Origin: an uncultured Spirochaetia bacterium
Lineage (GTDB): Bacteria; Spirochaetota; UBA4802; UBA5368
Assembly: GCA_937877025.1 (NCBI GenBank)
Contig: CALEGE010000009.1
Coordinates: 2,039-66,038 of the forward strand
DNA length: 64,000 bases
Direction: 5' to 3'
Part shown: piece by piece, positions 8,774-18,176 of the stretch
Position numbering within the stretch: position 1 is the stretch's first letter
Layout: the number at the start of each line of letters is the position of its first letter
Notes under the pieces: generated by a model
What the model was told of the DNA's origin: nothing
The model's input: only the letters and a program-made list of their open reading frames with translations
The model's database searches: none
Position numbers and translations under genes: made by a program

Positions 8774-9003
8774 ATGGCATCGCGGATAATAGGGCTTCTC
8801 ACGGATTTCGGTGCGAGCGATGCGTAGCGGTATCGGCGGGATGCGTCGACGGGCGGCTGCTGTGCGCCGCATATGCGGAACTGGGGGCCGGTGATGCGGG
8901 CGTTATCAATGGAAGCGAGGGACTTGTCGAGTTTGCGATGAACATGGTGTCGTGTGCGCGGACATATTCGATGGAGATAGATGATCCAGCGAGGATAGGA
9001 TAG
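8774..9003 (+). pseudogene. Remnant of a SAM-dependent chlorinase/fluorinase / SAM hydroxide adenosyltransferase (DUF62) gene
   Basis: N-terminal MASRIIGLLTDFGASDA* is joined in another frame to the C-terminal AYAELGAGDAGVINGSEGLVEFAMN...DDPARIG*. The middle of the gene is missing. Confidence 0.7.
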
Positions 9004-9004
9004 A

Positions 9005-10240
9005 ATGAGTAATAAGGGAATTGGAAAAATTGCGATACTTGTCGGCGACGGCATGGCGGATTATCCCATCGCGTCTCTGGGCGGCAGAACGCCCCTCGAT
9101 GTTGCGCAAACGCCGAATATGGATTATCTCGCGAAACACGGCGTGCTCGGCCTTGCGCGCACTGTGCCGACAGGACTTGCGCCAGGGAGCGATACTGCGA
9201 ATCTTTCGATTTTCGGCTACGATCCGGCGCTCAACTATACGGGAAGGGCGCCGCTCGAGGCGCTGAATATGGGTATCGACATGAAGCCGAACGACGTGGC
9301 CTTCAGGTGCAATCTGGTGACGATCGGGGACGACGGTGCGATGTCGGATTTCAGCGCCAACCATATCGACTCGGCGTTTTCGCGTATTGTTATAGACGAG
9401 TTTCAGAAGAAAATAACGCGGCCCGGGATCGAGTTTTTTCCGGGTGTTTCGTACCGCCACATTATGATCTGGCGGGAGTATCCGTACGACGATCTTCCCG
9501 ACACCACGCCGCCGCACGACATTCAGGGTGAAGCGGCATCAGGCTATTATCCTTGCGGAACCGGCTCGTCGGTGCTTGCCGAAATAATGGACCTTTCGAA
9601 AAAAGTGATTGCGGACTCGGCGGCGATACGCGACGCGCGTTCCCGGTATCAGGGCGCGCCGGTTTCCGCGTGGCTGTGGGGCGCGGGCCGCAAGCCGACG
9701 ATGAAAACGTTGAACGAGCGCTTTGGCCTGTACGGCCATACTATATCCGCGGTTGACCTCATCCACGGCATCGGCCGTGCGGCGGGTCTGACGCCACTGT
9801 GCGTCGAAGGCGCTACCGGGTATCTCGATACCAACTATACGGGCAAGGCCGACGCGCTCCTTTGCGCGCTCGATGACGCGAATTTCGTGTTTCTGCATGT
9901 TGAATCGCCCGATGAATCGGGCCACGAGGGGAATATTGCGCATAAAATACAGGCAATCGAGGATTTCGACGAAAAGGTCGTCGGCAGAGTCATGAAGGGG
10001 CTGAAAAAATTCGATGATGTCACGTTGCTCGTTATGCCCGATCACCCCACGCCGATTGCGCTGCGTACGCATGCGTCGGATCCCGTGCCGTTCTGCATTT
10101 TCAGGGAAAAGGGCTTTGCCGCGCGCGGATATCGCGGCGAAGGTGTGACCGGCTTCAACGAGGTTTCCGCGTCGGGAACGGGCATTCATATTGAAGAGGC
10201 GCACAGGCTTATTGAAATTATGAGAGAGGGCGGATTGTAA
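9005..10240 (+). CDS. apgM: Cofactor-independent phosphoglycerate mutase, ApgM type
   Basis: GDGMAD, PGSDTAN, HVESPDESGHEG, PDHPTP, THASDPVPF. Confidence 0.92.
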   Translation: MSNKGIGKIAILVGDGMADYPIASLGGRTPLDVAQTPNMDYLAKHGVLGLARTVPTGLAPGSDTANLSIFGYDPALNYTGRAPLEALNMGIDMKPNDVAFRCNLVTIGDDGAMSDFSANHIDSAFSRIVIDEFQKKITRPGIEFFPGVSYRHIMIWREYPYDDLPDTTPPHDIQGEAASGYYPCGTGSSVLAEIMDLSKKVIADSAAIRDARSRYQGAPVSAWLWGAGRKPTMKTLNERFGLYGHTISAVDLIHGIGRAAGLTPLCVEGATGYLDTNYTGKADALLCALDDANFVFLHVESPDESGHEGNIAHKIQAIEDFDEKVVGRVMKGLKKFDDVTLLVMPDHPTPIALRTHASDPVPFCIFREKGFAARGYRGEGVTGFNEVSASGTGIHIEEAHRLIEIMREGGL

Positions 10241-11743
10241 ATGATATACGAAAGGGAAACCGCCGTCAGACGGTTTGCGGTCATTGCGGCCGCTGTTGCG
10301 GTGTTGTGCGTAATCGTGTTTCTGATATCGCTTCTTTTCAGGGGCGGAAACATGGAATCGGCTATCGATGCGTACGACGATGAAAGATACCAGTCGTCGC
10401 TTGTCGCATTGAAAAAGCTTGCGGCCACGGCAGATTACGAATCGGGCGAAAAGGTATTGTATTATCGGTGCAAAGCCGTCAACGCGCTTGCCGCGGAACT
10501 CGAGGCCGATTACGCCGATGAGTTGAAGCTGCTGGGAGGCGAAAACAGGGACGTGAATCCCGCGGCGCGTGAAAAGGCGGGAAAGAAGCTGGAGAAAAAA
10601 CTGAAAAAAATAAACGAGCGGACCGGCGCCGACCTTGAGGTGTTTCCCGACGCGAAGAGGGCGCGCATCCTGCCGCGCGGCCGGTTCTACGAAGAATTTC
10701 TGTCCCGGTACAAGGGCAGCCGCTATATCGAAGACCTCGACTTCGACGGGATCAGGTCGCTGATGCGCACGGAGCCCGACAAGCTGCTGAACGCGATTGG
10801 CAACTTTTACATGAAGTACCCCAACACGTTCTACCTCTCATCCATCGTGAAGATGATCTTCGAATCCATGCGTGGGGGCGCCGTCAGCGCCGATGGAAAG
10901 GAGGAGCTTGCAAAAGGCATTATTATGGCGTATGGCGCGAAATACCCTACAAGCTCGGAAATCCAGAGAATCTACCTGTGCAGCGGCAATGACGTGAACC
11001 TGAGAAATTCTCCCGGCACCGATGGTGAAATTGTGGGGAAGGTGAAGGCGGATGAAATCCTCATCCAGCTTGAAAAGTCGATGGACACGTTCCAGATCGG
11101 CGACGTCAGGGATTACTGGTACCGTGTCGCGACACCGGCGGGGCTGCGGGGGTGGATATTCGGCAAGTTCCTGAGGCCCCTCGATGTCGCCGCACTGGCG
11201 GCGGCAGCGCCGTCGCAGGCGTGGACCGTCGACGACCACTTCACAGATCGGAAGAGCGTCGTGTAGGGAAAGAGCTGGCTGCATACAGCCAACGCCGAGA
11301 AATCGTCGATTTCATTTTCACAGCACGGCGATGCGAAGATAATAAAACTCAACTGTCCCAGAGGCAGAACCGCCGGTCTCTTCCGGCGATTCGATTCGGG
11401 TAACGCGTTTACCATCAAGGCGCGCGCCCGGTTTATCGCCGGCGGTTCTTTTGTGCTGTTCGCCTGCTGCCTCAACCCTGGTTTGGTGTATTATCTTCAG
11501 CTTCGCGACGAAGAAATCGACCTCTCGGGAAGACGGATACCCCTGCATACGTCGGATTGGCACGAATACACGCTTGAAAGCGATGACGGACGGCAGGCAA
11601 AGCTGATGGTCGACGGCGAAGTGATTTTAAGCCGCATCCCGCCCGTCAATGACGCCCGGTTTTCCGCACGGGGGATATACTGCCTGTATTCCCCCGACGA
11701 TGAGGCGTCGCTTGGCGAAATGGAGTATCTGAAAACGAGGTAG
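10241..11743 (+). CDS. Membrane-anchored SH3b-domain protein, artificially split by an adapter sequence
   Basis: N-terminal TM helix and SH3b (VNLRNSPG...YWYRV...RGWIFGKFL). The same frame stays open from the adapter to TAG 11743; the only internal stop lies inside the adapter. Confidence 0.75.
11245..11274 (+). other. Illumina TruSeq adapter sequence (assembly artifact)
   Basis: Exact AGATCGGAAGAGCGTCGTGTAGGGAAAGAG. Confidence 0.97.
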
Positions 11744-11749
11744 GCGGCA

Positions 11750-14122
11750 TTAAAAAACGATGTCGATTACCTCGTCAAAATAATTTACAAACCTGGCGTC
11801 AAGGCCCTTGCGGATGTGTTCCGGCAGTTCGTCGAAATCCTTCTTGTTCTCCAGCGGAAATATGATCGTCTTTACATTTGCCCGCTTGGCCGCCAGTGTT
11901 TTTTCTTTCACGCCACCGATCGGCAGCACCTTGCCGGTGATTGTGAGTTCACCTGTCATCGCGATGCGCAGTTTCACGGGTTTGTTTTTCGCGAACGAAT
12001 AAAGCGCCGTCGCCATCGTGATTCCCGCCGAGGGGCCGTCCTTTGGTGTGGCGCCGGCGGGTACGTGCAGGTGTATCAGGTGGTTTTCGAAAAAATCCTC
12101 CTGTATGCCGTACTCGCGCACCCTCGAACTGATATAGGTATAGGCGATCTCGGTCGATTCTTTCATTACGTTGCCGAGCTGCCCTGTCTGCTTGAATCCC
12201 CTCGCTTTCGACGGCACCGCCGTCGCTTCGATGTACAGGGTCGCGCCGCCGAGACTTGTCCATGCGAGCCCCAGCACCACGCCGGGGATTTTTTTGTCGT
12301 ACAGCGTTTCATCGGTGAACAGCGGTTTTCCAAGATACTCTTCAAGGTTATCGGCCGTTATGGAGATAGACGCGATGTCGCTTTCCGCGAACTTTCGTGT
12401 GGCCTTTCGCATTATCCGCTTGATGCTGTTTTCGAGGCTGCGCACGCCGGCCTCTCTCGCGTAACCGTCGATGATTTTTTTCAGCGCGTCCGTGCCGATG
12501 GCCACCATGCTCTTTGTCAGTCCGTGGTCTTTTATCTGTTTCGGGATGAGATACCTCTTTGCGATCTGTAATTTTTCTTCCATAATATATCCGGAAAGCT
12601 TCATCACTTCCATCCTGTCGAGCAGCGGCAGCGGTATGGTGTCAAGCTGGTTTGCCGTCGCGATAAAGAGTATGTTCGACAGGTCGTAACGCACATCGAG
12701 GTAGTGGTCCAGAAACTGGGAATTCTGCTCCGGGTCGAGCACCTCAAGCAGGGCCGATGCGGGATCGCCCTGAAAGCTCGCGCCTATCTTGTCGATCTCG
12801 TCGAGCATGATGACGGGATTGGCGGTGCCGACCGTTTTAAGGCTCTGAATGATTTTGCCCGGCATCGCGCCGATATATGTACGTCTGTGTCCCTTAATTT
12901 CGGCTTCGTCGCGCATGCCCCCCAGCGAAAACCGGTAAAATTTTCGGTTCAATGCCTCGGCAACCGATTTCCCGATAGATGTTTTGCCGACTCCTGGAGG
13001 GCCCACAAAGCAGATGATGGAACCGGAGATGTCGCCCTTCATTTTGCCCTTGCTGATGAATTCGAGTATGCGGTCTTTAATGTCGGCAAGCCCGTAGTGG
13101 TCGCGGTCGAGGATTTTCTTCGCTTTCTGGATGTCATAATTGTCGGTGGAGAATTTTCCCCACGGCACCGAGGTGAGCCAGTCTAAATAATTTCTGCTGA
13201 CGCCGTATTCGGCGGAGTGCGGCTCGAGCACTTTAAGCTTCTCGATCTCCTCGTCGAAGCGTTTTTTCGCCTCGTCCGTAAAAATCAGGCCCCTGGCCTT
13301 TTCTTCGAACTTTTCCACCTCGGATGTTTTTTCGTCTTTTTCAATGCCCAGCTCTTTCTTTATTTCCTTCAACTGTTCCTTGAGGAAGAATTCCTTCTGG
13401 TTCTGGGTTATCTTTTCCTCTATCTGCTTGGAAATTTTTTTCTGCAGCTTGTTGAGCTCTAACTCCTTGTTCAGGATAAGCAGCACCTTTTCGACGCGTT
13501 TTTTAATGTCGAAAGTTTCGAGGATTTCCTGTACTTCATGCGGTTCCGCCGAGGTCATTGACGCCACGAAGTCCGCCAGCTTGCCGGGGTCCTCTATGGT
13601 GAATCTGTTTATAAAAAGTTTTAACTCTTCCTGAAACAGCGAATTGTTTTTTATCAGTTCCTTGACCGCGGCGATTATCGCCATGGAGTATGCCTTCATC
13701 TCTTCCGAAGGACGAAATTCATCGTTATAGTGATGGTATACCTTCCACTGAATTATCGGTTCGTCCGCTATTGAGTTTTCCAGCCGGAAGCGATGAACCG
13801 CGTTTATCATGAGCTGTACGGTTTTCTCGTCGATGGGAGTCGCCTTGATCACTTTTACGGACGTGCCGACGGTATACAGGTCATCGGTGACAAGCGGCCC
13901 TTCGCGCTGGTTTTTTATAAGCACGACGCCGCAGGTTTTGCTTTCCGACTCTACAATTTCCTTCGCCGTCGCAATCATTTTGTCGCCGGTCAATACGAGC
14001 GGAATCATCATCCCGGGGAATATGGGCCGCTGGGAAATCGGGATGATCGGTATGATATCGGGTAAAATATCCGAAGGTATTATCAGGTGCTTGTTTTCAT
14101 TGATGTGTTCGTCATCTGCCAT
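11750..14122 (-). CDS. lon: ATP-dependent Lon protease
   Basis: LON N-domain, Walker A GPPGVGKTS, LDEIDK, DGPSAG (Ser), GGVKEK (Lys). Confidence 0.98.
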   Translation of the reverse strand: MADDEHINENKHLIIPSDILPDIIPIIPISQRPIFPGMMIPLVLTGDKMIATAKEIVESESKTCGVVLIKNQREGPLVTDDLYTVGTSVKVIKATPIDEKTVQLMINAVHRFRLENSIADEPIIQWKVYHHYNDEFRPSEEMKAYSMAIIAAVKELIKNNSLFQEELKLFINRFTIEDPGKLADFVASMTSAEPHEVQEILETFDIKKRVEKVLLILNKELELNKLQKKISKQIEEKITQNQKEFFLKEQLKEIKKELGIEKDEKTSEVEKFEEKARGLIFTDEAKKRFDEEIEKLKVLEPHSAEYGVSRNYLDWLTSVPWGKFSTDNYDIQKAKKILDRDHYGLADIKDRILEFISKGKMKGDISGSIICFVGPPGVGKTSIGKSVAEALNRKFYRFSLGGMRDEAEIKGHRRTYIGAMPGKIIQSLKTVGTANPVIMLDEIDKIGASFQGDPASALLEVLDPEQNSQFLDHYLDVRYDLSNILFIATANQLDTIPLPLLDRMEVMKLSGYIMEEKLQIAKRYLIPKQIKDHGLTKSMVAIGTDALKKIIDGYAREAGVRSLENSIKRIMRKATRKFAESDIASISITADNLEEYLGKPLFTDETLYDKKIPGVVLGLAWTSLGGATLYIEATAVPSKARGFKQTGQLGNVMKESTEIAYTYISSRVREYGIQEDFFENHLIHLHVPAGATPKDGPSAGITMATALYSFAKNKPVKLRIAMTGELTITGKVLPIGGVKEKTLAAKRANVKTIIFPLENKKDFDELPEHIRKGLDARFVNYFDEVIDIVF

Positions 14123-14460
14123 AGAATTCTTTCCTGCTGATTATCATGGTTATTATAAACGATATTTGTATAAGATACTGGATTTTCGGCGGATCGGCCA
14201 GCGATTATTTTTCATGATGCGGCGAAAATTAAGCCATGGCCGGAAAAAACAACCGCCGGAGTTATATGAAACAATTCTAATTTCGTCCCGGTAATATTTC
14301 AAAGATTTTTCAATTCGTTTCTTGAAAAATACAGGGGAATGAGGTATCTCTGATGTGGATGCGCTTGCCGGCATACGCGGATATTCACGGGTGCGTACAA
14401 TAAAAATTGACCCCAGCCGGGGAGTGCGATAGGCTCATACTCTGATTTCAGGGGGATGCC

Positions 14461-14895
14461 ATGCTTCACATGATGCAGTCACAGACTGAAATAAAAGTAC
14501 GTGCGTATCACCTTGACGGATTCGGGCGAATAAACAGTGTCAGGTATCTCGAATTTCTCGAGCACGCAAGGTGGGAGTATGTTGAAAAACTCCCCGGTGT
14601 TGACGGTGCGAGTTTTTTCCGCGAAAAAGGCATGGCCTTCGTCGTCGTAAATATCAATATCAACTACCGCCATCCGGCCGGCCTTGGCGATGTGCTGCTG
14701 GTTGAAACCGAAGTAACGCGCGTCGGAAACAGAAGCATCACCATGGCGCAGCGAATATGCCTGAAGTCAAATAATACGCTTATCGCCGACGCGGAAGTGA
14801 CGTTTGTCATTATCGACGTCTTGACGGGAAGATCCATACCCCTTGAAGGCGAATTGAAGAGGTACTGGAGCGGCGGCGATTATCCATTCGAATAA
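14461..14895 (+). CDS. Acyl-CoA thioesterase, YbgC/4HBT hotdog family
   Basis: LDGFGRINSVRYLEFLEHAR, NINYRHPA, ADAEVTFV. Confidence 0.88.
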   Translation: MLHMMQSQTEIKVRAYHLDGFGRINSVRYLEFLEHARWEYVEKLPGVDGASFFREKGMAFVVVNININYRHPAGLGDVLLVETEVTRVGNRSITMAQRICLKSNNTLIADAEVTFVIIDVLTGRSIPLEGELKRYWSGGDYPFE

Positions 14896-14982
14896 CATCT
14901 TTTTGCTTGACGAAATCCCCGATCTGTGAATAGCTAATGGCGCGTGAGCGCTATAATTGCACACCGGGAAGGAGAATATACT

Positions 14983-15549
14983 TTGAAAAAAATAATTATG
15001 CTTTTCGCAATCTGGTTCGCGTCAATGTCCGCGGCGGCAGCCGCTGTGTATGTAGACGGTATGGGCGCCTACACCGGTGCGGGGGATGCGAAAAACCAGT
15101 TCGGATTCGGATTCGGTGCGGGGCTGAGCATAACCGATAATGTCAATGTTCTGGCTCGTGGAATAATGAACAGCGTCACGAAGAATGCAAACGATCCGAA
15201 CGAAACGCGATATTATTATAATATGATTATGGGCGCGGTGGAATACGCCTACGGTTTCAAAGAAGTTCCGCTTCTCTGGACATCTTCCGCCGGCGTGGGC
15301 ATGGGAATGGTGCGTGTGCAGCTCGATATCGTGGATAATGAATTCAGTGATAACGGCATATGCATTGCCGGGTGGACCGGGCTGACGTATGTTGCCACGC
15401 AGCACGTTGCCCCCTTTATCCAGGTTGGATATCACAAATCTTTTTTCAATTCCGATTTTAAGGGTGAAAACATCTCCGGTTTTCAGTTTCTTGCCGGTGT
15501 CAGAATAACGTTGTTGGGCGGCAACAGAGCGATTGGCGGCGGATATTGA
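14983..15549 (+). CDS. Small outer-membrane beta-barrel protein
   Basis: TTG start after AAGGAG, signal peptide, amphipathic beta strands (APFIQVGYH, FLAGVRITL). Confidence 0.75.
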   Translation: MKKIIMLFAIWFASMSAAAAAVYVDGMGAYTGAGDAKNQFGFGFGAGLSITDNVNVLARGIMNSVTKNANDPNETRYYYNMIMGAVEYAYGFKEVPLLWTSSAGVGMGMVRVQLDIVDNEFSDNGICIAGWTGLTYVATQHVAPFIQVGYHKSFFNSDFKGENISGFQFLAGVRITLLGGNRAIGGGY

Positions 15550-15597
15550 TTCGCTGCCGTAATGTCAGGAGCGGAGATATTCTTGTACGCCGTCGTG

Positions 15598-16662
15598 TTA
15601 TTTTTCAAAGGGATTTTTAATTTCCTCTTCCATAGATGAAGCGATTTTTTCACCAATGGCGGTGATTGGGTCGGCGCGGAACGAATCCGGCGTGATCGGC
15701 GACTGCATCCAGATAAGCTCTTTTCCGTTTACATCTATCGCGCGCAGCCACGCCGTCTTCCTATTGTTACTGAATCCGACGATAAGCAGCACATCCACCC
15801 TGTTATTGAAGGCTTTTTTCAGCTTTTCCATCGCGTCGTTTTTCATTGAAAGAAGATTATCCTCGTACATCGAATACATGGCGCGTGTCTCCCGAATATG
15901 GCGGTCGTCGGCAGCGGCGTTCCACGCTGTGCGCTTCAGCGATACCGACCGCCAATCGGCAATCGAATCGAATGAATTGGTGCGCGTCCGTATATGCCAG
16001 AATGCGCCGAACCGGTCGGAACCGGTTGCGGCGTGAAGATCGTTGCTTTGTATGCAGATAACGGGGCACCCTTTTTCTAAAAATGGGGCGTACAGTCGGT
16101 TTAGCTCGCTGCCGTCGATATTGGTAAGTATCGCGATGCGCGATCCGGCCGGTATGCCGCGAAGTTTGAACACACTGGTGTCGTTGAGAAAGCTTGTGAC
16201 GATAAGCGATATTCTGTCGACCAATTTGAATATTTCCGTTTCCATCTTCCCGACGTTAGTGAAGGAAAATACTTCGCGAGAGTCCTTCATGTAGAGTTGC
16301 AGCACTATCTGAATTCGATTGTTCGGCAGGGGGGTAAACGAACCGAAAATAAAAATATCGGCCCCGGCTGCGTCGGCCACGCCTGGCAGGTCGCCGTATT
16401 CGTATGTCTTTTTAAGCTGCATGTTCTTCTTGTTCAGCACTTCCTCGATCTGGAGAGGTTTGATCGTATCGACATCGTAGATTGACTGAATCGAGGATGC
16501 GAAAGAATTCGGGAAAATGGTTTCGAGATAATTGTAGTTGATGTTGCCGGAGCTGTTGTTCAGATAGCCGAACGCGACGACCATTTTCGCCTGCGCGGCG
16601 CCGGCCGCGCCGAAGACGAATAAAAACAGCGGGAGGCAGAGTTGTGCAAGTATGCGGATCAT
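15598..16662 (-). CDS. Exported hypothetical protein with a TolB-N/CsgG-like N-terminal domain
   Basis: Signal peptide, VVAFGYLNN, ADIFIFGSF. Domain call is by pattern only. Confidence 0.6.
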   Translation of the reverse strand: MIRILAQLCLPLFLFVFGAAGAAQAKMVVAFGYLNNSSGNINYNYLETIFPNSFASSIQSIYDVDTIKPLQIEEVLNKKNMQLKKTYEYGDLPGVADAAGADIFIFGSFTPLPNNRIQIVLQLYMKDSREVFSFTNVGKMETEIFKLVDRISLIVTSFLNDTSVFKLRGIPAGSRIAILTNIDGSELNRLYAPFLEKGCPVICIQSNDLHAATGSDRFGAFWHIRTRTNSFDSIADWRSVSLKRTAWNAAADDRHIRETRAMYSMYEDNLLSMKNDAMEKLKKAFNNRVDVLLIVGFSNNRKTAWLRAIDVNGKELIWMQSPITPDSFRADPITAIGEKIASSMEEEIKNPFEK

Positions 16663-16676
16663 GAATTTTTCGGCGC

Positions 16677-17261
16677 TTACATGCCGCTCATGCTGCCGAT
16701 CATGTGATCGACAACCGTTTCAAGGGTGTCTTTATACCGGGTTGGATAGTTTTCAATCCAGACCAGTTCGTAGGAGGCGAGATTGATGGCTCGTCCCCAT
16801 GATACGTTCTCCCAGTCGTTCAGCTCGAGAAGAACGAGGTATTGCACGCTCCATTTATCCTTCAATTCGGCAAGGGTTTCCGCCTTGTTAATCTCATAAT
16901 TGTAGATGTGCAACTTGTAGATGTTCTCGGCCAGTTTCTGTGATGCGAAAATGGAATCGGGACCGGCGATGTTCGATGTATACGCTATTTTTTTCATGTC
17001 CTTTACGTCGAATACGTCCTGCGAGGTGTAAAGGTCGGAGGCGTTGAATGCTTTTACCCTGAAATCCCTGCTCATGAACTTTGCCAGCACCACGTTCTGG
17101 ATATTCGACGGACAGTTGATGATTACGACAATCGACGAGCCGGGGGCGATTTTCTGCTTTGAAACCTTTACCGATTTCTTCGTTGCACAGCCGGCCGCTG
17201 TCAGCATGAGTAATATCACCGTGAAAGCTGATATTTTTTTCATAATAGGGGAGATTGGCAT
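16677..17261 (-). CDS. Lipoprotein of unknown function
   Basis: Lipobox LTAAGC after a hydrophobic segment. Confidence 0.75.
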   Translation of the reverse strand: MPISPIMKKISAFTVILLMLTAAGCATKKSVKVSKQKIAPGSSIVVIINCPSNIQNVVLAKFMSRDFRVKAFNASDLYTSQDVFDVKDMKKIAYTSNIAGPDSIFASQKLAENIYKLHIYNYEINKAETLAELKDKWSVQYLVLLELNDWENVSWGRAINLASYELVWIENYPTRYKDTLETVVDHMIGSMSGM

Positions 17262-17400
17262 AATGGCACCTTCTGTTTTTCAGTAGTTTTCTGGTTCGCC
17301 CAAAACAATAAAAACACGACATCGGCGGATAAAATTATTATATTCGTTTGTACAAATGTCAATTACAAAAAAAGAGCGCCCTGCGCGCCGTTATGCGATC

Positions 17401-17435
17401 ACGAAAAAAGCCGGCTATGCGCCGGCTTTTTTCGT
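17401..17435. terminator. Bidirectional intrinsic terminator
   Basis: Perfect 15-bp inverted repeat ACGAAAAAAGCCGGC-tatgc-GCCGGCTTTTTTCGT just past the 17453 stop codon. Confidence 0.85.
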
Positions 17436-17452
17436 AGCAGTATGTTCAGGGA

Positions 17453-18088
17453 TTACTTGTTTTCGATCGGCTTCGACAGGAGTTTCTTCTGTTCTTTCTC
17501 TAACAGCTCGGAGTTTTTCCGTATTCCCTTTTCGTCACGAAGCTTTTCGACGAGATCGCGTATCTTTATCTGGAGCTTCTGCTGCTGTAACTGCTGTTTT
17601 ATGAACATTTCGGCCTGGTCGACAGGGACGCCCTGGAACTTCGCTTTCTGCTGGATGTAAATGTCTTCCACTTCCTTCTGCGTGGGCTCGATGTCGTGTT
17701 TAAATTTTTCGCGCACATAGTAACCGACTACCACCGCTTCTTTCGCCATTTCGACCAGTGCGTCGACTTCTTTATCCTTTAAAATGCCTTCTTCTTTTGC
17801 CTTGTTGTAGACAAGTCGCTGGCGTATAAGCTGCTCCAGGAATTCCTGCTTGTTCAGCGTGGGGTTCTTCGCCAACTGGGCCGGGTCGGCGGCCATCTCG
17901 TCTATTTTTTCTTTCGGCAGATTGTAGAGGGATTTCTGCTGCGCGTAGTACAGCGTGTTCAGTTCGTCGATGGTGACGGTTTCCTTGTCGAGTTTCGCGA
18001 CCCATTCACCCGAGTATTTCGCGCATGAAAAAACGCTTGCGGCGACGAAAACCATAATCAGCGCGATAAAAATTCTTTTTGATGTCAT
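17453..18088 (-). CDS. SurA-N/PrsA-like lipoprotein, LipL31-like
   Basis: Lipobox VFSC, VAKLDKETVTIDEL, FLEQLIRQRLVY..AKEEG. No PPIase domain; lies downstream of mfd. Confidence 0.7.
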   Translation of the reverse strand: MTSKRIFIALIMVFVAASVFSCAKYSGEWVAKLDKETVTIDELNTLYYAQQKSLYNLPKEKIDEMAADPAQLAKNPTLNKQEFLEQLIRQRLVYNKAKEEGILKDKEVDALVEMAKEAVVVGYYVREKFKHDIEPTQKEVEDIYIQQKAKFQGVPVDQAEMFIKQQLQQQKLQIKIRDLVEKLRDEKGIRKNSELLEKEQKKLLSKPIENK

Positions 18089-18120
18089 AATTCGGTTCCT
18101 TGGAATAATGTAGTAGAAGT

Positions 18121-18143
18121 CACGGCCTGCGGAACAGGCCGTG
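18121..18143. other. Intergenic hairpin
   Basis: CACGGCCTG-cggaa-CAGGCCGTG between mfd and the lipoprotein gene. Confidence 0.45.
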
Positions 18144-18176
18144 CGTCACGGAACAACAGCTGAGAAAGGTAACAAT

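Noticed and set aside
8761-9003. 80-aa Cys-containing ORF as an intact small protein
   Set aside because: It is better explained as the C-terminal fragment of the DUF62 remnant.
11453-11743. Separate 96-aa gene
   Set aside because: It is the in-frame continuation of the adapter-interrupted SH3 protein.
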